From: a virus
Lineage: Duplodnaviria; Caudoviricetes
Length of the DNA: 28,795 bases
Reading direction: 5' to 3' (one strand)
Virus record (IMG/VR): IMGVR_UViG_3300044724_007133
Span: 1-28,795 of that record
In this document: positions 1-7,794 of the stretch, in pieces
Layout: each line of letters starts with the position of its first letter
How positions within the stretch are numbered: position 1 is the stretch's first letter
The notes under the pieces: model-generated
Told to the model about the DNA's origin: nothing
The model's database searches: none
Seen by the model: only the letters and a program-made list of their open reading frames with translations
Position numbers and translations under genes: made by a program

Positions 1-1948
1 TAATAGCGGCGCTATCTAAACCGCCAGATTGATCGGCAAATGATAATGTACCTGCTCCGTTTGTAACCAAGACCTGATTAGAAGATCCGTCTGATGTTGG
101 TAAAGTGAACGCTGTTACAAACGATTGTAGGTTAGCATCATATGCAAGTACATCCGTACCAGCAACAGGAATTTCACTTGTGATCGCTAGCGTACCGGTG
201 GTTACAGGTAATGTAAGATCTACGTTGCCGCTGTAGCTTGAATGAGGAGCAGATTTAATTCTTGCTCTGTGTGCATTGTTAACTTCACAATACAAATCAA
301 CATACGCTACCGAGCTCGTGCCTGTCCGAACTTCAATACCACCGTCTTGAATTGTAACACCACCAGTGGATCCATTACCGTCTACAATAATCGACGAATC
401 GTCAATCAATCCTCTGAGATAGGTGTTTGTAACTGTACCAGTTATTTCAGCAGTAAGACCGGAGATGTCTGTCGAGGCATCAATCTGACCAAGTGTGATT
501 TGTTGACCACTCAATGTTAAGTAATCGTACGAACCAGCTAATGTGACGTCAGTAGAGTTGTCTGTACCAACAGGATCGAACTTTACACCAGACGCAGCAG
601 TAAGATCAGAATCAATACCGAGATACTTGCCAGCAAGAGTACCTGCATTGAAAGCTGCAAGTGCAAAATCAGTACCACCTCTGTTAACAACGTTTACCGG
701 TAATGAGGAATCTAGGCCTGCATCAACCAAACCATTAAACACATAGTATTCACCGTTGCTTGCATCTCTAAAGAAGCCGGTGTGTCTCTTGGTCGAACCA
801 CCATCATCAGAGTAATGACCAACAAAGCCAATGTCTACGGCGTCCGATGTCTCATTGCTATCGGCAAGGTGTAGCAACGGATCTGTGACTGTATATGTGA
901 TAGAGTTAACTGTAGTGGTTGTACCATTAACCGTTAGATTGTCAACTGTAATATCAGCAAATGTAACATTATCTGATGTACCAACAGCCTGGCCGATTGC
1001 AATCGAGCCAGATGTAATAGTAACACCCGTGCCGCCACTAAAGTGTGCACGAGTCTCGGCTGCAGATGGACCTGTGTAGGTAATTGTGCCTGCACTGTAA
1101 GTAAGTGAACCATCCCCACCAGCATCTGTTACAGAGATAGCTGCTTTAGCGTCACTATCAGCACGTGCCGTAGTATAGTAAAGATTAGTACCTTCTGTTA
1201 CATTAGATGTCGTTAGATTAGAAATATCTGTGGACGCATCGACTTGGCCAAGAGTGATTTGTTGACCAGAAAGTGTTAGGTAGTCATAGCTACCAGCCAG
1301 CGTTACATCAGTTGAGTTATCCGTGCCTGCAGGATCAAAGCTGGTACCTGAAGCCGCAGCAAGACTTACAGTAAAATCGCTATCATGTCTAGCTGTTGTG
1401 TAATATAGATTGGTACCTTCAGTTACATTTGACGTTGTTAGGTTTGAAATATCTGTCGAAGCATCAATCTGATTTAACGTAATTTGTTGAGTAGAAATTG
1501 TTAGGTAGTCATAGCTACCGGCAAGTGTTACATCTGTTGAGTTGTCTGTACCAGCTGGGTCAAAACTAACACCCGAAGCAGCACTTAACTGCTGAGAGAA
1601 GTTTGCCGAGTCGTATGTTGTATATCCATAAGCAGTAATTTGACCAGCAGCATTAGCAGAGTCATAAGTGGTATAACCAGCATCATTAGTAAATGAACTA
1701 ACAGTAGTAGGTGCCCCGGTTAGAGAGCTGTAGGCATAATCTTGCCGCAATTGGACATATGCACTGTCAATAAGGGCAATTGTAGCAGCAGAATCAACGC
1801 CTGCATCTCCAGATACTAAAACACCACCAGCGGTAGTACCATCACCGATGTATAGTTTCTTAGTATCCGTTACGTAAATCGGCTCACCAGAATCTGGTGT
1901 GATACTAGATCTATCTGCCTCAACGCCTTTTCTAAATTGTAATGGCAT
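1..1948 (-). CDS. Tail fibre-like virion protein, 3'-truncated by the window edge (>=649 aa); Mtd_N-like N-terminus
   Basis: Absent from the ORF track because there is no stop in the window. ATG at 1948 is preceded by GAGGTG (SD). Hand translation: MPLQFRKGVEADRSSITPDSGEPIYVTDTKKLYIGDGTTAGG...FADQSGGLDSAAI. The N-terminus resembles the QFR.G...GE..Y.TDT.K..IGDG motif of Mtd_N-type fibre anchors. G/T/S/D-rich, with internal repeats and a module shared with 2558..5464. Confidence 0.85.
   Translation of the reverse strand, partial: MPLQFRKGVEADRSSITPDSGEPIYVTDTKKLYIGDGTTAGGVLVSGDAGVDSAATIALIDSAYVQLRQDYAYSSLTGAPTTVSSFTNDAGYTTYDSANAAGQITAYGYTTYDSANFSQQLSAASGVSFDPAGTDNSTDVTLAGSYDYLTISTQQITLNQIDASTDISNLTTSNVTEGTNLYYTTARHDSDFTVSLAAASGTSFDPAGTDNSTDVTLAGSYDYLTLSGQQITLGQVDASTDISNLTTSNVTEGTNLYYTTARADSDAKAAISVTDAGGDGSLTYSAGTITYTGPSAAETRAHFSGGTGVTITSGSIAIGQAVGTSDNVTFADITVDNLTVNGTTTTVNSITYTVTDPLLHLADSNETSDAVDIGFVGHYSDDGGSTKRHTGFFRDASNGEYYVFNGLVDAGLDSSLPVNVVNRGGTDFALAAFNAGTLAGKYLGIDSDLTAASGVKFDPVGTDNSTDVTLAGSYDYLTLSGQQITLGQIDASTDISGLTAEITGTVTNTYLRGLIDDSSIIVDGNGSTGGVTIQDGGIEVRTGTSSVAYVDLYCEVNNAHRARIKSAPHSSYSGNVDLTLPVTTGTLAITSEIPVAGTDVLAYDANLQSFVTAFTLPTSDGSSNQVLVTNGAGTLSFADQSGGLDSAAI
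452..1582 (-). repeat. Intragenic repeat AASGxxFDPxGTDNSTDVTLAGSYDYLTxSxQQITLxQxDASTDIS(NLTTSNVTEGTNLYYTTAR): copies at 1388..1582, 1163..1357 (225-nt period) and a partial copy at 452..598
   Basis: Direct comparison of the translated copies: near-identical protein with many synonymous nucleotide differences. Confidence 0.9.
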
Positions 1949-2330
1949 CTCTACACCTCAAATGTTAAAATGTTCCCATGTCGAGAGTAAACTCAACAGG
2001 AGAGGAAAACGTACCAAAGTCATATGCTTGACTTGTTCCAGCCGATGTTACATTAGCTGTAATGCGAATTGTGTCTGAAGCGGGTGTAGTAGTAATAGAG
2101 ATATTAGAACCAGCTTCCAATGTCAAAGTATCAGACGGACCATCCGCCTCAACAGTAGTTTGACCGGAGACAGCAATCTTAGTGAATGTATTCTGCCGAG
2201 CTGCAACATACGCGGAATCAATTAACGCAATTGTTGCTGCAGAATCTACTCCTGTTGGAGCTTGGGGGGTTTGTCTCGCTTGTACATAAGCAGAGTCAAT
2301 AAGGGCAATAGTGGCTGCTGAGTCTACACC
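1754..2330 (-). repeat. 16-aa peptide GVDSAATIALIDSAYV encoded three times in two genes (1754..1801, 2205..2252, 2283..2330)
   Basis: Identical peptide in all three copies; codons differ at synonymous positions. Confidence 0.9.
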
Positions 2331-2486
2331 GAGAGCTCCAGCACTAATACTCTGGACACTATTCGATGTATTTTTAAAATAGAGCTTACCATCTTGGTAG
2401 TTAAGCGCTACTTCACCATACTGGAGATCCGCCGCAAGAGGTACTTTACCTGCTGTGGCAGACTTTTTAAGTATAATTCTAGCCAT
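1965..2486 (-). CDS. Short tail-fibre-associated virion protein (173 aa)
   Basis: N-terminus MARIILKKSATAGKVP...GEVALNYQDGKLYFKN is typical of phage fibre anchor domains; two DSAATIALIDSAYV repeats; ends YDFGTF...LDMGTF. Confidence 0.75.
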   Translation of the reverse strand: MARIILKKSATAGKVPLAADLQYGEVALNYQDGKLYFKNTSNSVQSISAGALGVDSAATIALIDSAYVQARQTPQAPTGVDSAATIALIDSAYVAARQNTFTKIAVSGQTTVEADGPSDTLTLEAGSNISITTTPASDTIRITANVTSAGTSQAYDFGTFSSPVEFTLDMGTF

Positions 2487-2513
2487 TCTATTCCCTAAAA
2501 AGGTTTTATTTAA

Positions 2514-2541
2514 AGTCGGAAGACTATAGAGCCTTCCGACT
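2514..2541 (-). terminator. Intergenic stem-loop (possible weak terminator or mRNA-stabilising hairpin)
   Basis: Perfect 9-bp inverted repeat AGTCGGAAG/CTTCCGACT. On the minus strand it extends to 12 bp with one G-U pair and a CTAT loop, but the U-tract is short (TTTAAAT). Confidence 0.5.
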
Positions 2542-2557
2542 GTTTAATTATATAGTA

Positions 2558-5464
2558 TTAATAGCTACCGCCATCAATTGTATCAATAGTAACGAGACCG
2601 TCTGTTACATCAAACTCATCCGAGTCAAACTTTGCAATACCAGCTGCATTAACAGTCGCATTTGCAATTCCAACTGTTAGTGTTGTCCCACTAGCAGATG
2701 TTGTAATAGGACCAGAACCGTTGATAGTAAACGTTTCACCAATCGTTGCAGCAATCGAACCACTCTGTGATGTAAGAGTAATATCGTTAGCAGAAATTGT
2801 GCCGGTTCCTGAAAAGTGTGTACTATTGAAAGCAGCAACACCCTTTGTCGCTCCGTCAGCTGCCGCATTTGCTACAGTTACTTGGATCTCGTCACTAACA
2901 ATTGATGTGCTAACGCCTTGGCCAGACGCACCGGTGATTGTTACAGTCTCACCTAATGTTCTATCTACCGTACCAGCACCATCAGTAGCAAATGAAACAT
3001 CATTGGATGTGACATCGCCACCAGTTACAGTAAAGTTTGTACCATCGAATGTTGCAACACCTGCGTTGGTCTCACTTGCTAGCTCAGCAGCGATTGTGTA
3101 TGTATTAACACCATCAGTAATGTCAATACCTTCACCAGCAACCAAAGCAGTCGACAAGAATGTATCAACACGCGTGTCTGTGTAGTAAAAATTAGTACTA
3201 CCTTGTGTTAGATCATCCGTCGTCTTTGCTGCAAAGTCTGAATCAAAACCAGACATCGAACCAACAATGGTGTCGGCTGTTAGAGTACCAACTCTAATGT
3301 TTGCATATTGTAGAGATGCATCACCGAAGTTAATCGTATCAGCTGGTGATGAAGAATCAAGAGCTGAGTCAACTAAGTTCTGGAATAGTACGTATGTACC
3401 GTTTGTTGCGTCACGAACAAAACCAGTGTGTCTCTTTGTGGTACCACCGTCATCTGAGTAGTGACCTAGGATACCAATATCGATAGCATCTGATGTCTCA
3501 TTGCCTGTAGCAACGTGAATCATTGGGTCGGTAATCTCAAGAGTTGAAGTATTAATTACCGTTTGTGTACCGTGGATCGTTAGGTTACCATCAACAACAA
3601 GGTTGTTTGTGACCTTTAAGCCAGAGAATGTAACCGAGTCACCCGTACCAACAGCCTGACCGATTGCAATAACACCTGTACTACTGTCATATGTGACGCC
3701 AGTGCCACCTGAGAAATGGGCTCTTACTTCAGCAGCCGATGGACCTGTGTAAACAATCTCACCAGTAGATGGTGTGTATGTAAGCGAACCATCACCACCG
3801 TTGTCTGTAACGGTTAGCGAATAACGAGCGTCCGAATCAGCGCGTGCTGTTGTGTAGTAAAGGTTATTTGAACCTTCGTTAATATCATCCGTGTCAATTG
3901 TACCTGAACCACCTAGAGAGATAGTAGTACCATTAACCTGGATCGTAGAGTTTGCTAGTTCAGCGTTACTAATCTCACCATTAGCAAGAGTAACCGACTT
4001 ACCGGATAGATCTAATGTACCAGCAAGTTGTGTATCACTAACACCGCCAGCAGCAATCGAAACTGCACCTGAAGAAACCGAGAAGTCAGCTGATGCAAAC
4101 GATGCAATACCCTTAGTAGATGTTGTTGCATCGTCACCTGTAATTGTTACTTTACCCGTGGTAACAGCAGTACTAATACCAGTACCACCTTCAATATCAA
4201 CTGTACCGCCAAGAGCAACATCTGTAGTGTTTGTATCGTCACCAGTGAATGTTGTTGTCGAGTTTACAAGTTTGGCATTTGCAATCGAGCCAGCCAACTG
4301 ATCATTACTAACACCACCTGTGGCAATAGCAACTGCACCAGATGTAACTGTAAAGTCGCCTGCTGCAAAAGATGCAACACCCTTTGCACTTGTAGTCGCA
4401 TCATCACCAGCAACTGTAACGGTGCCGTTCGAGACACTGGTACTAATACCAGAGCCACCAACAATCTCTAAATCAGAATCAAGAAGATTAATACCACCAG
4501 TGCCTGTATCAGCAGCAAGGTTGAGGTCTGTAGAAACGTTAACAGAACCAGCAGCAGTCAAACGACCTTGCTGATCAACTGTAAATGTTGGAATAGCAGA
4601 GGCAGAACCATACGAGCCTGGTGTTACTGCCGTATCGTCTAGATCAATAGAAACTTGTCTACCAGAAACTGTTGTTGTGATTCCTGTGTCGCCAACAATA
4701 GACAGCGATGAGTCAAGTAGACTTACATCACCAGTTGTTGCACCATCACCAGCGAGATCTAGTGTAGAAGAAATATCTACTGTATTAGCAGCAGTTAACT
4801 GACCTTGGGCATTAACTGTAAACGTGGGAATCTGTGTAGTAGAACCGTACGAGCCTGCAGATACACCTGTGTTTGTAATGCTGATTGCAACATCGTTGTC
4901 TGTTACGGCTGTTGTAATCCCTGTGCTGCCTGTGATCGTTAGATCGGAGTCAGCCATGTTAATGGTGTCAGTACCTGTATCACCATTAATTGTTAGATTC
5001 GATGCACCTACGTTATCATCAACGTATTGCTTTGTTGCAGCGTCTGTACCAGCAGTAGGTGTGCCTAGACTTGTAATCTTAGCGCTCGAAACATCAACAG
5101 TACCTGATCCGTTGGGATCTAATACAACATTACCGTTGGTATCTGTCGAGCTAATTGTGTTCCCGTTGATGTCAATATTGTCAACTTTTAAGTTGTCAAT
5201 CTTGCTGCTTGCATCCGTAATAATTGCACTGGATGCAGTCAGTGTACCTTCAACGTGATCTAATCTATCTGTAAAGTACTTACCACCAATGACATCAATG
5301 CTGTTAGCATTGCCTGAGCCATCGACACCACCCGTACCAATGTATAGTCTATCACCACCATTGCCTTGGGTACCGCTTAAGTATGAGTACGCCTGTTCAC
5401 CTAGCTTGAGTGTTGACGGTGCACCACTCGTACCAGATCGTTTAATTTTAATAATTGATGCCAT
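2558..5464 (-). CDS. Long tail fibre-like protein (968 aa)
   Basis: N-terminal MASIIKIKRSGTSGAP..LKLGEQAYSY...RLYIG fibre-anchor motif; DAATKQYVD motif; GSYGS..IPTFTV..QG.LTAA twice; about five AT..xGxAxF...FxV repeats; C-terminal IDGGSY. Confidence 0.85.
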   Translation of the reverse strand: MASIIKIKRSGTSGAPSTLKLGEQAYSYLSGTQGNGGDRLYIGTGGVDGSGNANSIDVIGGKYFTDRLDHVEGTLTASSAIITDASSKIDNLKVDNIDINGNTISSTDTNGNVVLDPNGSGTVDVSSAKITSLGTPTAGTDAATKQYVDDNVGASNLTINGDTGTDTINMADSDLTITGSTGITTAVTDNDVAISITNTGVSAGSYGSTTQIPTFTVNAQGQLTAANTVDISSTLDLAGDGATTGDVSLLDSSLSIVGDTGITTTVSGRQVSIDLDDTAVTPGSYGSASAIPTFTVDQQGRLTAAGSVNVSTDLNLAADTGTGGINLLDSDLEIVGGSGISTSVSNGTVTVAGDDATTSAKGVASFAAGDFTVTSGAVAIATGGVSNDQLAGSIANAKLVNSTTTFTGDDTNTTDVALGGTVDIEGGTGISTAVTTGKVTITGDDATTSTKGIASFASADFSVSSGAVSIAAGGVSDTQLAGTLDLSGKSVTLANGEISNAELANSTIQVNGTTISLGGSGTIDTDDINEGSNNLYYTTARADSDARYSLTVTDNGGDGSLTYTPSTGEIVYTGPSAAEVRAHFSGGTGVTYDSSTGVIAIGQAVGTGDSVTFSGLKVTNNLVVDGNLTIHGTQTVINTSTLEITDPMIHVATGNETSDAIDIGILGHYSDDGGTTKRHTGFVRDATNGTYVLFQNLVDSALDSSSPADTINFGDASLQYANIRVGTLTADTIVGSMSGFDSDFAAKTTDDLTQGSTNFYYTDTRVDTFLSTALVAGEGIDITDGVNTYTIAAELASETNAGVATFDGTNFTVTGGDVTSNDVSFATDGAGTVDRTLGETVTITGASGQGVSTSIVSDEIQVTVANAAADGATKGVAAFNSTHFSGTGTISANDITLTSQSGSIAATIGETFTINGSGPITTSASGTTLTVGIANATVNAAGIAKFDSDEFDVTDGLVTIDTIDGGSY

Positions 5465-5769
5465 TAATAAAAGCCTCCATCGGAAGTAATGTCTGCCACA
5501 ATTTCATTTTTAGCAGTCCACTTACCGTTATCTGAATCATATACGAGAAGCCCTTCATCCTGAAGACTTTGCAAATCGACATCTGACAAGTCGCTAATTG
5601 CTAGCTTACCAAACGACAGCGTTCCCGCTCCGTTTGTTTTAACAACATCATTTGGATTGCCATCTGCTGTGGGATATCGTAGACCCGAAGCTACTAGAAC
5701 GCCGTTGAATACAGCGCTGTCGTTCACCTCTAAGCCCTTGCGGACGATAAACCTCTTATTGATGGCCAT
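5464..5769 (-). CDS. Small fibre-associated virion protein (101 aa)
   Basis: MAINKRFIVRKGL start; YPTADG....VVKTNGAGTLSF motif shared with the 1..1948 protein; DLSDVD and LVYDSDNGKW fibre-type motifs; ends DGGFY; TAATG stop/start overlap with the next gene. Confidence 0.75.
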   Translation of the reverse strand: MAINKRFIVRKGLEVNDSAVFNGVLVASGLRYPTADGNPNDVVKTNGAGTLSFGKLAISDLSDVDLQSLQDEGLLVYDSDNGKWTAKNEIVADITSDGGFY

Positions 5770-5812
5770 TTATTTCACTTTCCACTTGGCTACGTACATA
5801 CTACTACTTGTT

Positions 5813-5820
5813 TATTTATA
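5813..5820 (-). promoter_or_regulatory. T4-type late promoter TATAAATA
   Basis: Exact gp55-sigma consensus in the intergenic gap, about 44 nt upstream of the ATG at 5769. Confidence 0.8.
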
Positions 5821-5828
5821 TGTTTTAA

Positions 5829-6677
5829 TTATGCGTCTATTGTAAACTTCTTAGCTTTAAAGCTCGTATTTGTCAGCGTCGGTGTGAACAGAAGAGATAT
5901 TGTTGAGCTGTCTCCTGTAATACTAATAGTAGCATCAAACTCGCCGAGACTTGAATCATCTGAAAGAGTACTGACATATCCATATTCATTCATATACACA
6001 CTACTACCATTATGAGTCAACAACATTTCATACGTCTCGTACCTACTGTCTGAATCATGCTCGAGTTGAATTACATACTTGACGGATCGATGTAGATTAC
6101 CTTTGAATGTATCGACAATCTGGTTTTGAGTTGTCAGTGTCAAATCTGTAGATGGGTCCTCACCTTTAGCAAGAGTTTGAACTACTCCAATTACTGGTAC
6201 ACCATCTTCGCCCAGAACTTGATTCCCATCGTCATCCAACACGACCTGAGATACACCAAGGCCACCAGCGCCATCATCAGACAACGCAATGTCACCAATA
6301 TAGATCGTTTGTCCTTGTACATACAACGAACCCCATCTATATTGCGGTGTACCTAAGTTATATCTGATATCAGAGTCTGGTACAATTGAACCCTCTGATA
6401 CAATATTTCCTCTAAGTTTTAAACCAGCACCAAACCTTGTGGTTGAATCAAGCTCTTCAATTCTTTCGAGAATTGCCTTATCTGGAACATTAGTAAAATT
6501 GTTCCAATCAAGATAGTAACCGGGCGGCTGTCTGTTAAGAGTGGCGGCATTGAATGCCGCTTGATCAACTGACCGTATTGGCGTGCCAATTACAACCTTA
6601 GATACAAGAGTTTGACCCTCTGATATCTTTACGGTTGTCTTCTGACCTACCGATACGTTAAACTTTTCTGAAGCCAT
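5829..6677 (-). CDS. Virion structural / fibre-associated protein (282 aa)
   Basis: YYLDWNNFTN and IVPDSDIRYNLGTPQYRWGSLYV fibre motifs; C-terminal DTF....RSVKYVIQ...E.LLTHNG..VY..EYG module typical of T4-like cyanophage virion proteins. Confidence 0.7.
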   Translation of the reverse strand: MASEKFNVSVGQKTTVKISEGQTLVSKVVIGTPIRSVDQAAFNAATLNRQPPGYYLDWNNFTNVPDKAILERIEELDSTTRFGAGLKLRGNIVSEGSIVPDSDIRYNLGTPQYRWGSLYVQGQTIYIGDIALSDDGAGGLGVSQVVLDDDGNQVLGEDGVPVIGVVQTLAKGEDPSTDLTLTTQNQIVDTFKGNLHRSVKYVIQLEHDSDSRYETYEMLLTHNGSSVYMNEYGYVSTLSDDSSLGEFDATISITGDSSTISLLFTPTLTNTSFKAKKFTIDA

Positions 6678-6680
6678 GTC

Positions 6681-7034
6681 TTATTTTGTTACTGATGGAG
6701 TGACAAAAATTTTACCCTCGATAACACGCTCAACAATAGTAGTTGCGCTGTCCTCGTCATAGGATATTTCTACATCATAAACATACTTACCGGCTCTTAG
6801 AGAATTAGTTTGCTCATTTGTCAAGGATAGGTTTATAATACCGCTGGAAGCGGGGGAAGCGACAATACCAGTAAACGTAGTTGTGTCTGAATCTCCACTG
6901 TTATAATTTTTTTTCATCTTACCATCAACAGTGTATCCATCCAGATCTTTTTTTGATCCGTCCGTATTTGTAAGATGTAGTTCTATAGAAACATCTGTAC
7001 CTTGATCAATTGTAAATTCTTCGTACTGAGCCAT
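6681..7034 (-). CDS. Conserved small virion protein of T4-like phages (117 aa; possibly BppU-N-like beta-sandwich adaptor)
   Basis: IDQGTD start and G.YVYDVEI...RVIEG.IFVTPSVT end are characteristic of a family found next to fibre genes. Confidence 0.7.
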   Translation of the reverse strand: MAQYEEFTIDQGTDVSIELHLTNTDGSKKDLDGYTVDGKMKKNYNSGDSDTTTFTGIVASPASSGIINLSLTNEQTNSLRAGKYVYDVEISYDEDSATTIVERVIEGKIFVTPSVTK

Positions 7035-7068
7035 TTTAAACCTATAGGATAGTATTACACGATTGTAT

Positions 7069-7076
7069 TATTTATA
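7069..7076 (-). promoter_or_regulatory. T4-type late promoter TATAAATA driving the left-hand fibre genes
   Basis: Exact consensus (tatttata on the + strand), 35 nt upstream of the ATG at 7034. Confidence 0.8.
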
Positions 7077-7097
7077 ATGGTTGTGGTTGTGAACATT

Positions 7098-7105
7098 TAT
7101 AAATA
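7098..7105 (+). promoter_or_regulatory. T4-type late promoter TATAAATA driving the enzyme cassette
   Basis: Exact consensus, followed by SD AGGAG (7120..7124) and ATG at 7130. Confidence 0.8.
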
Positions 7106-7129
7106 ACTACGTAGTTTACAGGAGTTTAT

Positions 7130-7792
7130 ATGGCTGCGCTGAGCACATGGAACAAATCGGATTATTTTTCACCACTTGATCTTGGACAAAGAGTGATTGT
7201 GGGGTGGGCACCTAGTATGCAACAAGGAGGTAGTCCTACTCCTAACCCAGCCAACATATTAGTTCAAATGTGCCTTGAATATTACGGTAAGGACGTGACA
7301 TACGTACTATACTCGAATGTCAGTAATCAGTTTACCCCAAAACAAAAAGTCTTGGTAAACCGTGAAAAATTTTATAATATGGTAGAACAGTTTGGTTTAA
7401 AACATTACATTTATTTTGATGATGATAATTTAGGCTATTCATCTAAAAAATCTCCAACAGAACAATCACTGGTAGATCTGGTGGTTCCAAGAGTTTTGAA
7501 GCAGATGGGAGAAGATTCGAATTCCATCAATGTGATAGAAGCTATGAATCGTCATAGATTATATGTGCCCCACACAAAGTCCATAATTTCTGCTAGTAAT
7601 ACTTTGCTCGCTCAACAAAACAATCCGCTAGCCATAGTCGAGGATAATACTACTGAGATTGGCAAAAGAGATTATATAGTCGATTATTTTCAGGAGTCAC
7701 ACCAGGCCGGTTATCTTGGGTTTATCAAATTCATGAATGGGATTGTTCCATTTGAAAATTTAACAAATGAGGAAGTTGCGCAACTAAATTAA
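7130..7792 (+). CDS. Hypothetical protein (220 aa), possibly a degenerate PP-loop/QueC-like adenine nucleotide alpha hydrolase fold
   Basis: Strong SD and promoter support the gene. RVIVGW...ILVQMCLEYYGKDVTYVLY and C-terminal PFENLTNEEVAQL resemble the QueC-like architecture, but the SGGxDS motif is absent. The function call is weak. Confidence 0.6.
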   Translation: MAALSTWNKSDYFSPLDLGQRVIVGWAPSMQQGGSPTPNPANILVQMCLEYYGKDVTYVLYSNVSNQFTPKQKVLVNREKFYNMVEQFGLKHYIYFDDDNLGYSSKKSPTEQSLVDLVVPRVLKQMGEDSNSINVIEAMNRHRLYVPHTKSIISASNTLLAQQNNPLAIVEDNTTEIGKRDYIVDYFQESHQAGYLGFIKFMNGIVPFENLTNEEVAQLN

Positions 7793-7794
7793 CT

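Noticed and set aside
452-1948. Diversity-generating retroelement (Mtd_N-like domain plus repeated segments)
   Set aside because: No reverse transcriptase in the window; repeat differences are mostly synonymous third-position changes rather than adenine-specific; all copies are in-frame coding. The gene's 3' end lies outside the window, so a DGR elsewhere is not excluded.
1163-2330. CRISPR-like array
   Set aside because: Repeats are in-frame protein repeats with degenerate nucleotide sequence; no repeat-spacer structure and no cas genes.
242-5845. Many plus-strand ORFs (60-154 aa) over the fibre genes, and short alternative-frame minus-strand ORFs
   Set aside because: Shadow ORFs of Thr/Gly/Asp/Ser-rich genes, whose antisense frame is depleted of stops; no evident SD or recognisable motifs.
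7130-7792. Functional queC / 7-deazaguanine DNA modification pathway
   Set aside because: SGGxDS and Zn-binding Cys motifs are absent; no folE, queD, queE or dpdA in the window.
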